Assembly (NCBI GenBank): GCA_002633005.1
Contig: NMRA01000022.1
Span: 62,001-126,000 of the forward strand
Direction: 5' to 3'
DNA: 64,000 nucleotides
Source of the DNA: Phoronis australis
Taxonomy: Eukaryota; Animalia; Phoronida
Shown here: one piece after another, positions 52,008-64,000 of the stretch
How the letters are laid out: each line of letters opens with the position of its first letter
Position numbering within the stretch: position 1 is the first letter of the stretch
Notes under the pieces: generated by a model
The model's input: only the letters and a program-made list of their open reading frames with translations
Told to the model about the DNA's origin: nothing
Databases searched by the model: none
Program-made: the position numbers and the translations under genes

Positions 52008-52196
52008 CGGGGGAATCGACATTTAAACTCCCAAAACGCCCAGGGTCAATTCTCATATCAACTCCTGCCCCAGTACCGACATCTCCATAAACTTTTATTC
52101 AAACCTGTTCTTGGGTTTATTAGCTCACTGCTGCTAAGGGATGGACAAGACATTGGTATAAAAGACATAGACAGAGGTGATAAATACACGCAATAC

Positions 52197-53339
52197 CTGT
52201 ACGGTGGACGCTACAGCTGAACCGCTTTCTTCCCACGTGTGCGACTGCAGCAAAGTCGACGTGGTCATCCAGCTATGACTCGTTTTTGGTAGAGACGAAT
52301 GTGTTCTTGGATGTGAAGCAGGTTCGTCAAGGGATAAAGTCGACGCTTCTTTTGTTATGAACGTAGGCGATGCCAAGATTGACGACGTGATTAGAGCCTC
52401 TCTGTCATACGAGCTCTTCGACATTTCCAGAGATGGATTCGCATCTTTTGTGTGGAGCTGCACAGCACTGTGCACATTTGGCAATTGTTGCGTTGGAATA
52501 ACGATTGTTTGCTTTAAATTACTAGCTGCAAATGATGCCGGAGACGTCACGGTAGATGGAGGAATAGTTGACTTTTGTTCAGTTGATGCCAGTAGAAAGC
52601 GAGCAACTGGAGTCTCAATAGAGATGCTAGACATTCTGCGGTTTGTCACTTTATCGCCAGTAGAGGCAAAGTCGATGGAGTATCCATCCTCCACTGTCTG
52701 TGAGCGTAATGAGTCTACATAACTGGACGTGTTGGATTCATCTGTTTGTTCGGAACTTTTGCGAGAAGGAAGTAATGATACGGGAAAATAACTCGATGAT
52801 GTCGGTAACACAGCGTACACCATCTGTGAAGAAGAAAGGTCGAAAGGTCCCTTCGAGTCAATCGCTGGTTTAACACCGGTTGTTTGGGACACAGTACCGC
52901 TAGCCTTTTCAACCGCAGAGGATACGCTTGTTGCCGAACATTCATGCGATGCTGGTGTTGGGGAAATTCTTCGTTCAGTGATTGTCGACAGCAACTGTCC
53001 CGTTATTATTTCGCTGGGAACCTTGTCCGCATGTGATGCTCCGCTTTCAGAGAGTGTTTCCACACTGAACAGATTGGCCTCGTCAAGTGTACTTGAGTGG
53101 TCACCAGCGTCCTCATCTCTGCTAGTAGTGACGTCCATTTCGCCACTCACGGGTGACGGCATGATGAGAAGTTGACTTCTTGCTGCTTGAAACATGGTGA
53201 GACGAATTGAACTTACGTAAGGTGTAGCAATTGAAATCCCACGCTTACTAGAATCTCCATGTCCTTCCAAGAAGAAAGACGGAGACGGTGATGGCGATAG
53301 GTGCTCCAATGATAGTTTCAGCGACGGATCGAATGCCAG
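52197..53339 (-). CDS. DAG1: Dystroglycan-like exon 3 (S/T/P-rich mucin-like domain)
   Basis: 1143-nt open S/T-rich frame between AG and CAG|GTATTG; phase 0/0; located after the furin site. Confidence 0.8.
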
Positions 53340-53659
53340 CTTAAAAATGAAAAAGTTAAGTAATGTCTGAGTGTTTTTTTTACTTAAAATATTTACCAGC
53401 ACTTATATTCTAACTTAAAAGACAGAGGAGATTGTAAAGACATTTTGACTAAATAATTTTTTACAAACATTGTGATTAAAATAACCTCATGCAATTTAAA
53501 GCGAGAGTTAAAACTCTCTCGTGGATTCTTTCATCTTACCATGTAATGCAGTGTACTGCTCAAATTCCTAGATACGGTTTAAATCCCGGAGGCACACAAT
53601 ATGACTTGGAAGTTTCAAAGATCAGAAACCAAATTTAAAATATATATCCAACGACTCAC

Positions 53660-54382
53660 CTTTGTGTCCTTATTTTCTACTGAACTACTAAGAGGCCAAC
53701 TTTGCTGGGTTGACGAAGGTTGTAGCTGTTCCAGAGGCAACGTGGACTGAATTTGTCTCCTCAAACGTTTTTGCCGCAATCGTTGGGCGAAGAGGTTTGG
53801 TTTCACATTGAACACAAACCAGCCCACAACGGGATATCCAATCCACTTCGTTATGCCCTTACTCTTCGAGGTCGTTTCAAAATGTTCTAATATTTTAAGG
53901 TGGCGGGGCTGTACTAGCCCGCAACCCACAGTCCATGAGATGGTAATACCCGTATGTTGTTGAACGGGTACATCTCCAGCGCCAGCAATTAAAATATCGC
54001 GATCGTGAAACACGGATTTTCGATCCAAAGTTACTTTAATGGCATTTTCATCAGTTGAAAATAAGTTCGAAATATCATTAATTATCCCCACCTTTTCCTC
54101 TGCAGTCATATCAGTCCACTCGATATCAAGCAAGATACTTGCTTTGGTTTCTGTCTTCAACGACTGACAGGAAATTGGTTTATGGTAGTGGGTACTACTG
54201 TCGTCTCGTGCTCGCGGAGATGAATCCACCACCTCCACGAAGATGACGTCACAGGGTATTGAATGAGGAGTGCGCAGCATGTTTCTCACAGAAACGCAGT
54301 ATAAACCCACGTCATCATGTACTGGAAGACCGATTAAGAGACGACGTTCATCATCAAATATCATCCATGGCGCGAGGGTCTG
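53660..54382 (-). CDS. DAG1: Dystroglycan-like exon 2 (alpha-DG N-terminal CADG + S6-like domains, furin site)
   Basis: PWMIFDDERRLLIGLP..DVGLY, ILIAGAGDV..GITISWTVGCG, IGYPVVGW, RLRRQIQST (vertebrate RVRRQIHAT). Confidence 0.9.
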
Positions 54383-56624
54383 CTGTAAAAAGATATCTCA
54401 TTTTAAATTTGCTGATTACTTGTTCTAAACTAAAGTAATTGGTTTTTAACTGTTTAAACTGAACAAGATGTTACGAGTTTTTACAAAGTTTTGCATTATG
54501 CTCAAAACACTTAAAGTTATTGCTTATAGACTGGCAAAGATTCAGACTTTCCTAAGACACTCGGTTCAATGTTTGTTCTTATTGTGCATTAGTCATGCAC
54601 TTGAGGCCCTACCGTAGCTTCACTAGCGCCACCTTCAGAGTTTCGGGTTCCATTCAGTGAAAAGCGAAAAATGTGTTAGTGAGTAAAAAGGCAGTTTAAT
54701 TCGCTAGAAAAAAATGCGTTTACTGTTGAAAAATTTGAAAGCGCGTACAGTTCTCGTGATGGAAAAAAAACTGGTTACATCGATGAGCATTCACTCGTGT
54801 TTTGATCTTGCAAAGTTAAATGCATTTCATTCATTCGTTTGATATGGTTTGCTCCCATAACTCGGCCATAATGCTACGAATTTCCCCTTCTCAACACGCG
54901 AATGACCGGAAGCAAGAAGAAGGTCCATGGTCACGTAGTGGCTCCCTTATCTCGATCCCGGTAGGAGCACATCGACGGGAAAAAATATCTGTTTCAAGGA
55001 ATCCAGAATGTCCAGTGGAACGCCTACTCTAGGCCAAAAGGTTTGAACACGCAAATAGAAATTTATTCATGATTTTTTGTGCACAAGAATCATGGTAACA
55101 AACAATTCCGGCGATGACGAAAGAAATTGGAGGTCAGGAGAAACTGGGTGGAGACAACGATCGGTTACAAAAGGGAATCGACAGCGAGAAATTCCTGGCG
55201 ATCATTGGAGAAACTGATTAGTGTTCAGACGAAGATCAACAATCAAAACTCCTCGCTTTATAATACCAGACTGCGTGCCCTAGAGTGCATGAGCAACTGA
55301 GGTTTAAAATATTGTCCAGTCAGACAAACTTAAAGCTTTTAGCTATTTAGATAATCAAAGGTTATCAATAAAGTAATTAATTGATAACACGACGCGAAAG
55401 AGTTCTTCTGACTGAGTCAATGTCTGTAGTTGTCGTCGTCGTCGTCATCAACATCGTCGTCAATACCTTTGGTTGAACATGAACTTTTTAGTTTCATTAA
55501 TGTTAATGGATTCGTGCAGTCCATTTGTTTTAGACACATATACAGCCCCTGTCATGTCAAATTGATGTCAAATCTGCACGTATGTTCTATGTTTAAGTTA
55601 CATATAGCAAATCAGTGACATATTGTGGCATTTAAATTTGAATATATTATGATACCAATTTTGACAATTGCAAGACGGTCGTTAAAGTCCCAGGCATTTC
55701 GTTTCGCAAAGTAATAAAAACCAGTCACGTTACACGCATTAACACTCAAAAGCTTGGCATGAAGTCCACCGCGCCGAATGAGAATGCTGACATCAAGTTT
55801 CACATTCTTATGAATGGAGCTAATTGCACGCAGTATACGGCGTGGCTTGATACGACAAGAGAGATAACCAGAACAAATGCAGATCATTGGATGGAACGAG
55901 GAAATTTATTCCCCCCCCCCCCCCCCAAAACCCCCCNACCCGCCAAATATCCATTCCCAACCGGGTGCAGACTCAACAAACAAAGTCGTTCGCACTCTAG
56001 ATGTGCTATTTCTTTACACTTCAATTGCTGTCTCAACTGCTCCCAGACAACACAGTCAGTCAGATGTAACCTTATATGTTGAGGGGAAATCTAAAAACAC
56101 TTTAGTTCCAAAGCAAAGCAGCCGTTGAGCACAAAACAAAGGAGTGACACAGCCTCACAACGGGGTACATTTCTGCGAGTCATTATGTCGAAGATGTTTC
56201 CAGAAAACTTCTTTTGAAAAAATTGGCGATGTCTGTTTGGTCACTTTCCGGGATGCGTTCTTAAAATCTCTGTCACCGCGTACACTTATAAATGAGTAGT
56301 CGTACGATTATTTATGAGATTATCATTAACTGTAACTCTGCCGCTTTCAAAGATTTACTGTAAGGGCTTTGGGTACACAGCATGAAAAGAAACGTTATTT
56401 GGTTAATAATTTTAACTACAAAATTTTTCATTTTAGAACAGTTTTGCTTGCCCACTTTACTCTTCGTGGCGTGTTTATTGGAAACGTTATTTTCCAAACT
56501 GTTTATTTCGGGCTGATCGACTCACGTGCATGCATTTACTCTGGTTTGTAACGAGAACCTGTGAATCAGTGGCCCTCGAAAGTTTTACATAGAATGATAG
56601 ATGTGACTTACGCACTGTACTTAC

Positions 56625-56927
56625 AAGTCTGTTTGTAACGACTTCAGGTTTCCAAAACTCCTTTACCTCCTTGGTTGATATTTTCCATCTAAACAGTTGT
56701 CCAGCTACTGCAGTAGCGTGACATACGCCGCTATCAGCTCCTGTCAAAATGTCGCGAGCCTGCCGCGTGCCAAGATCTCCTGACTCGCGTGGCAAAACAC
56801 CGCGTCTCACCGACCGACATTGCGACGCAACGTCGCCTTCAGCGTTCATTGAAGAGATCACACAAACTAAAGCAGCGGAAAGGAGCCAGTTGTTAGAATT
56901 ATCTTGTCTGCTGAACAACGCCATCAT
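56625..56927 (-). CDS. DAG1: Dystroglycan-like exon 1 (signal peptide, start of CADG domain)
   Basis: Hydrophobic WLLSAALVCVISS, then ATAVAGQLFRWKI; GTAAGT donor, phase 0. Confidence 0.72.
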
Positions 56928-58009
56928 GGACGAGTCCCGGACTCACCAAAATACTGGTTTACAACTTATGCGTTGAACTCGAAGCTGAACACCGAAGTAA
57001 ATGATACCGATGACACACGCAACACACTAGACGTCTAAATGTTTGCCTTATCACAATCGGTTCCGCTGAGTTCACAGCTCAATAAATTTCTCATACAGTG
57101 AATGTTTAGTGTCACTGAACGCAGCTGAAGCATTTACAATTTGCGTTGAAAATTTCACTAGACACTGCAGGATTGTCCGACTGATGTAGGCTATAACTTA
57201 ATGTCTCGCGCAAACTCGGGCCCTACCACGAATCCTCATGGGGCCCCTCGGTTATTGTAGCTACAGGGGAGGGTGTAAAAATTGTGACAACCGGGTGGAA
57301 GCTGAAATTACCAGGGACAAACTTCTTCTAGGGCGCTGCTTACGGCAAGAATATTTACCTCCAGGTCATTGAGAAACATTCAACGTTTTGCGACGAAAGT
57401 CCCGCCTATACCCGCAATTAAATACATGCTAAACATTGGAATACTGAAAAACAAGAAGCAAAATTTGAATGCGATTGAAACTTGACTTCTCCTGGTAGAA
57501 GTTGGCGCTCACCAAATTTAAAAAAATTATATGAAAAATATTGCGAACGACAAAACACAAAAACGCAAATATTTAAGAAAGATAACCGTTCTCTTTGGCT
57601 TGCAAGTGACGCTACGTACGAAATTCATGTGCGTAAAAATTCTTTGAAAGAAGTATTATTCTGCCCAATATGGGCGACTGGAACTAAGCACGCGGTTAGT
57701 ATATAATGTCACATGTATTTGTCCTTTGAATGGCGTCGTTATGCGTTAAGGAACAGGCAACAATGGAGCTTGACGTCTACAAGTTCATATACATGTACCG
57801 TTAATATTTTCGCTTCTAAGAAAAACTTTAAAGATCACATGAACTGAGAAGTTGGAACGATCTTTATTTCTTTATAGTGGTTATAGGCCCACTTTCCCTG
57901 ACCAAAATAAAAACACTTACCATTATGGAATTGGTATAAATGACCTATGGCCAGGACTTTGAGTGACAGCTTAGGTGACCAATCAGAACGCAGCATTCTT
58001 GACACACCT

Positions 58010-58062
58010 TCTTTTCCAAGCCGCCATTTTACCCGACAAACAACACGTTGCCGGGTAAAACT
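58010..58062 (-). promoter_or_regulatory. YY1-type motif AAAATGGCGG, possible dystroglycan promoter or first exon
   Basis: ccgccatttt at 58021, followed on the minus strand by AAG|GTGTGT; about 1.1 kb upstream of the DAG1 ATG. Confidence 0.3.
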
Positions 58063-58197
58063 TATTGTTTGTTTGTCGACATTAGGCAAGGGGGAGGAGC
58101 TTGCGATAGGTCAATTACTTAGCAACTGAGGTTGATTTTAGGGCTTTGAAAGAACTAACAGTGTGTTGCTTCTTCAGACCAAGCTTATACAATAACT

Positions 58198-58356
58198 CCA
58201 GCCTCCCGTTCAGTAACGCTAGGACCTCGCTAAAAAGCAAGACTTCGCGAGATTACACGAGATATTGTCGTGTAATTTAAATGAGAACACGTGACTTTGA
58301 CTAGGTTTTAGCTAGATCCCAGCGTAGGTCCTAGCGTCTACTGAACGCAGCGCCAG
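58198..58356 (+). mobile_element. ~160-bp MITE family, copy 2
   Basis: ccagcctcccgttcagtaacgctagg...ctagcgtctactgaacgc. Confidence 0.8.
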
Positions 58357-59081
58357 GTCTTGTGAGCTTGATGTGAAGAGACAACCAATGGTCATTTCTT
58401 CCCGAGCTTACATCATCACTTCTAAACTGAGTAAGGAACAAGGTAAAACCACCATTACAACGGCAACTGGCCTAAATCAAAACTTGTTTTTGACACGAAG
58501 CACTGGTCTAATGTCTAATATCTCAAAGCTGTGCGCAGCGTTTAGTTGACGTCTGCTATCCCAGAAAAGTAGGTCTTTATTACTTGTTATTCAAAAGTCG
58601 GTCTGTATTATCCAAAAAATATTTGTGTTTCATTCTTCAGATGACGAAAAAGTACAACTGATGATGAAAATTGCTTTTTGGAGAGAAAATTTTGTCCCGG
58701 GTATTATGAGGGCTCACATCATATTCTGGTCATCACACCAATGACTCACCCCCACCGCAAAGGACCTCTGTGAGTGAAAATAAAACTATTTGTAGCCCTA
58801 ATCCTGACAAGCAAAAACTCGGGATGGCGGAAGTCAGAGAATCAAACATCGCGCTTCCTCAATATCAATCGAAGTTGTGGAACGCTCTGTTGGACAATCA
58901 AGGTTTTGTAAGTTAGTATGAAGCGCCAAATGGCACGGAATTCGAAGTCTGTCAGTAGGTAACGCCTGTGAGTTTTACACGTCAACGCGTTCGCGTTTTT
59001 GCAATGGCTTAGTGCACTGCGAAGACGATCAACCTAAGTCAGTGATCGACATGAAATGCCTGTGCAATGACAGTCCTTTTT

Positions 59082-59183
59082 ATACATTGACATCGCCAGG
59101 AGTTGTGGACATGAAGCCCCAGGCCTGCAGTTCTCTCAAAATGTCGTCAATTCGGCGCCTGTCAGTCACACTCGTGTACAAGT
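59082..59183 (-). CDS. Possible terminal exon of the unresolved gene
   Basis: ttcag acceptor then LYTSVTDRRRIDDILRELQAWGFMSTTPGDVNV-stop; protein-like but unrecognised; coordinates approximate. Confidence 0.25.
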
Positions 59184-60329
59184 CTGAATTTTACACCTTA
59201 GGGGAATTGGCAAGTGGGGGTATTTATTATTATTGCGATCTTGTGAATGTACTGCCTCCGCATCACATCAAAAGTTCGTCTGACGCATAAAAGTATAAAA
59301 CACCTACGCGCTCACGCACAAACGTGTAAAAGCCGCACTCGTTACCTACTGAAAGACTTGGAATTCCACGTAATCGTTTAAGATCCTTTTGGCCTTCATA
59401 TGTGAGCCCGACTGTAACATCAGTCACTGTGACAGCGTTGGTGCTTCATGTGAAATAAAATATTCTTGCCAGAAATCCTCGTTGTTGTTACTTTGTCGGA
59501 ATGGTTATCTAACTGTCTGTTTTTTTTAAATTCATTATTGGAAAGGGTAATACTGTGAGTGCACAAATAAGGCAGAAACTGTGCGTATCGAGTTAAAATC
59601 CACCGCCCGTTCATAACGCAACTCTAAAGTACCAAAAAGAGGCTAAGCAACCTTTTTTCCTTGGGCTATTTCTCGACTGATGTCTGCAAAGAATGTTTTC
59701 CATAGGTGATAGGTGTTTTAATATTGACAAGCAGGCTAGTCTACAAAAAAGGCAATTGACACCCAATGTCTAAAATTCCATTCTCGAGTCTACTGCGATT
59801 ATTGTATAACCTTAGTTTGCTCTTGAAGTCCCAGTCATACAATCAAAAAATTCAGAATCGAGTTCGAAATCTGGAGTTTTAATGGTTATTTGTGTAAACC
59901 TTAATGTACTCGAGCATAGAATGATAGATACTTGTCTCGAGTTTGTATTACACTATAGCTACCATCTTATTACTCCCAAGTATTAAACAGGACGGAAAAT
60001 AATTTCGAGTTCAGTTTGGAATACAAATATTACAAGACCAAATCCCCAGTGTGTAGGCACTCTCTCCTGCAACAACGTTATTTTTGGGGTTTTTGATAAA
60101 AAGAAAATTTTAAAAACATTGTTTTATTATTGGGTAAACAGTTTATTTATACCCAAAAGTTTGGATCAAAAAGATTACTTCTAAGTAGATTTTTTAACTT
60201 CATCAAAGAATATTATATGAGTGAAAAGTATAATGCTCGTAAGGATTTGAATTTAGAATTTATACAAAAAAGATGGTGTAACTTTGAAACGGTTTTTCTT
60301 AGCAGTCAATAGGATTAGTTATGGGGTAT

Positions 60330-60360
60330 GCGTGTGTGTGTGTGTGTGTGCGTGTCTGTG
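60330..60360. repeat. (GT)n microsatellite
   Basis: Read directly from the sequence. Confidence 0.85.
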
Positions 60361-60462
60361 GTGTTCTTTGTCTTTTTGTGTAATGTTTTTCTCATTGCCA
60401 ATAAATGTATAAAAAAAAAATTAAAAATATTATAATTCCTGAGGCTCAGGTCTCATAACCAC

Positions 60463-60808
60463 CTTTTCGACAAAATCTTCCACTTCCTGTCACAGATTTG
60501 GAATTTGAGCCTTTTGATGTCATTATAATCCTTGACAATATCTGCTACTAAAATGTTGTCGAACTCGTCAGCATAGAACCCACCTGGCCGACTCACAGCG
60601 CTACCTGGTATCATTGTGGAAGTGCATACATTCACCTCGGCTGCAAGATCCTGCAACACAATCTTTGCAAACTCGAAATGCGCCCACGTGTTGGAATAAA
60701 CGTGGGAACGAAGCCATCATGGGGCCGCCCGTGTCACATCTCACAACATCATGCCATCTTCTACTCTGAGAAGTGTTTTCATATGCGAAATGTTGTGATG
60801 AGGAAATT
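60463..60808 (-). CDS. Unresolved coding region with a CCCH zinc-finger-like frame overlapping an NHL-repeat-like frame
   Basis: Frame A (60808-60605, AG/GT bounded): CKDCVAGSCSRGECMHFH. Frame B: RPGGFYADEFDNILVAD. Gene structure not resolved. Confidence 0.35.
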
Positions 60809-61496
60809 CTGTAGGTAAATGAAAAGGCCGCGATGGTATTTATGATCACTCCAGCCAAAAACAGTTGTTTGCTGTTTTTCGTCTTCTATAATGAGCCCGC
60901 AGTTTTTTTTTGCGCTGCAGCCATTCCTGTTAAATTAGCTCCCAGCGTTGTTTTGAAAGTCACTAGGTGTTTCTGTCGGCCCACCTTTAATTACGGGAAC
61001 CATCTCGAGACTGGTGCTAGATATAGCCCCACGGAAGTAACTTATGAAGTTCCTGGAATTGGTCATATCACGGAATGAGTCATTCATTTTCAACCGGACT
61101 TTTCAAATGTTTATCCCATATTTCTGATTGCGAGGCTGCAACTCAGTCTTTGCCACTTGTCCATGGTTTTGTTTTAGGAAAATACAGTGGTGGCCAAATC
61201 GGCACAGTGTAAAGGAAGATTGTCATGAAAATTAGATTTATTTTTAAAACACGAGTCCATGATGAAAGACCATCATATAGGAATGATTTTTACTCAATTG
61301 GTTTTCACTGAATCTTTTCTTCATATTCTTTCCTTAAGCTAAAAGGAAGTGATGGGTATTTAAAAAAAGCATGTAACAATCTGGGTCGCATGTCTTGCAG
61401 TTGATCAAGCGACCAATCAACGCAAAATCCTGTGTTAATAGCCATGGGTATGTTCTAAGAAAATTGACTTAGCCAAGACAAATTTTAAACTTGTCT

Positions 61497-61668
61497 CAGG
61501 TCCGTTTCAAGAAAAAGATTATAAGTTTGACTGAAGTTTTTGACTTAAGTTTTGTCTTAATTTTGACTAACAAGTTACCGGATGTGGAAGTTTCAAAGTT
61601 TTGGAAGTTGAGACAAATCTTAGACTTAATTCAAAATTGAATTTAAGCCAGTTTCTTGGAACAGGCCC
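61497..61668. mobile_element. MITE-like element
   Basis: ggtccgtttcaagaaa...tttcttggaacaggccc imperfect inverted ends; internal ttgactt repeats. Confidence 0.5.
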
Positions 61669-64000
61669 TATCACAATACACTGGCGGATAAAGGGTGTCG
61701 CGTGGAGGAACAGGTGCAGCCACAACTCCTAAAGGAAAGCCTTCCCCCAAAACGCCTTCCAGTGCCGTTTTTTGTCATACCCCTCGGCCCCTATAAATAT
61801 ATATATATACCACGCTCAATACGAATGCTTAAAAATGTTAATTTGAGTGGATACAATGAAAAGTAGCTCTAACACAAAATGAAACTTTCATGATGGCATT
61901 TGCACTTTTCAATTAATCTCTATTTCAGAGGAAAATAGACCCAGGAACTCCTTTCACAGTCTGGAGGTGCCTTCCGACGCAAAATCATCTCGCTAAAATG
62001 CAAGATCATGCAAGACCTCGCAAAATCACGCGAGTGAAAGTCGAATGTTTCTCAAGCATGCGCATCTTTAAGGTGGCGCGAAATGATGAGTCCGTGAAGA
62101 TGGGACGTTGAATTATGGGATAAAATGTACTAGTAAAGATTTTTGGCGCATGCGCTGCGCAAGTATCTGGTGTTTACCGTCGACGAAACGTCGCCACGGT
62201 TTCTGTTCAAATTAGATGGCGTAAGCAACTGTTCTGAACGATTCGCGTCTCGCAGAACTTCACACATCCCGGATTCACCTCGCGAAGGTTTACTACGAAT
62301 ACCATGAGCCATAAGCTTATACACCTAGCTACGCACGGCCATGCACTTTTGGTCACGGTGCAATGAAATTGAAAAGTAGAACATTGTAATTATAAAATTT
62401 CTATTGAAGCATACATTTTACAATACAATCATTCACGCGCAATTATCACGCTACGAACAACTGCATGAGTCAGGCGTTCAAAAATACTTCAAAATTTTCC
62501 TCACTATGATATCCTGTATTTATCAAAATCATGGGACTTACGGTTTTAAAAAATTCTTGATTGGTTTTATGTATTTTTTCTACAATAGGGTCTATGCTTG
62601 ATTAAGATAATCTGTTCATATGTTACAAAACATAACCATGGCAACAGAATTTGGAGAAACTGTCAATAACCAAAATTTTCCTCCGATAGCTTTAAAGTTT
62701 TACTCACTTATGTCAAGTTTCAATCGACATAGATTTCTCAGTAGACCTACATTTGGTATATTTTTGTAAGCCTGATTTTCCGTTCCATCAACACGCGGAA
62801 CTAAAAAAAACGGCTCTAACTTAATAGTTCTCGGTCCTGTTACAGTTTTCCAATTTCACCCCATGTCCTAGTTGTCACACCGCTTAACGCTAGAGTGTTG
62901 AAATTATCCTTTATGTTTTAACTACATGGCTTGAGCGTTAATAACACCATGTTGTCACTGACAATGTTATGATGATGATTAGATATTTCAAATAAGCATT
63001 TCGACGAAAGAGCTATATGCGGTTTCCATGATAACGTATCACGAAATACAACGAAATGAAGCAGACCGTCAGATACGCTCAAGATAATCTTGAGAGGAAT
63101 TTCTTTGTGTTTACAGTAAAACATCTTGTACTGACAAAGATATGTATCTTTTGCAGTTCAAGTTATTTTAACACAAGTCGACATATATAATGTTGCGTTT
63201 CTTACCGTCACCGTGACTTTTCCGTTGATTCTTTCGCATTTAATACATGAGCTAATGCTTGCGTGTATTATTAAAGCCTAGTGCACGCGAAGGGATTTAA
63301 TGAGAAAGTGTCAATGAGTTCTAGGCTCCTTTGACGTTTTTTTATGATTACATTTCTTTGACCATTTAATACACTATTACTCAGAGAACATCCTTGCAAA
63401 GCAGACACAGACATCATTACGGGAAATCCAGGGAATGCAAAAATATTAGTTTTACTTCGTCTAAGTCTAGAGCCGAGCAAGAAAAAAGAAACCCGCCATT
63501 GAATGAGAAAGGTTTACTCCTACTAAATTTTTACCAACAATGGACATGTTCCCCATGTTGAGTGAGTTGCTTTGTACCAAGATTTTTGTGGGACACGTTC
63601 CACATGCCTCCTTGTCAGCCCCTAGACATGCACCATGCGGACAAACCAGACAATATTGTTATTCGATGTGGGCAAAGATACGGTATCTATAAAATCTTTG
63701 ATGTGGGTCCATTGTTCGTTGCAATCCGAAAAAAAATTGAGATTTTCGGTTTACGGATGCAGAATGCAATCCTTGTGCTTTGTAGATTCATGATAAAAAG
63801 TCGTCATTCAGCTAGCGACACCTGCTGGTTATCACTAAATTAGTCTCATTTAAAAATGATTTTGGTTTCAGTTGCATAATATTGTCATGTGAGGTTGAGT
63901 CATATTGTCCCAGATGTCTTGCTGGCGACTGTTGACGCACTTCCCTTTTGCGGTTCTTCCCTTACATAATAACACAAGAAAGACGAAAACTGATGACGTC

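Overview
Intron-rich, AT-rich animal (invertebrate-type) genomic DNA with no prokaryotic features. I assembled three minus-strand genes by hand from GT-AG boundaries and checked splice phases. (1) A VWA/Cache-domain CACHD1/alpha2delta-like gene of at least 24 exons (33929 to <=700, 3' end not found). It has an intact MIDAS and atypical SEA-like modules after the Cys-rich region. (2) A Rab29/Rab7L1 GTPase with two alternative first coding exons, each carrying its own P-loop and switch I. (3) A dystroglycan-like gene whose tail lacks a PPxY motif. A fourth, poorly resolved coding region lies near 59-62 kb. Introns hold several MITE families (some with 5-bp target-site duplications, one nested), BEL/Pao and LINE remnants, and microsatellites. 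The strongest leads are the dual-P-loop Rab29 and a candidate internal promoter with spliced nested exons in CACHD1-like intron 14. That promoter sits at the edge of a visibly CpG-poor domain containing several G-U-rich intronic stem-loops. All homology calls come from motif recognition; no searches were run.
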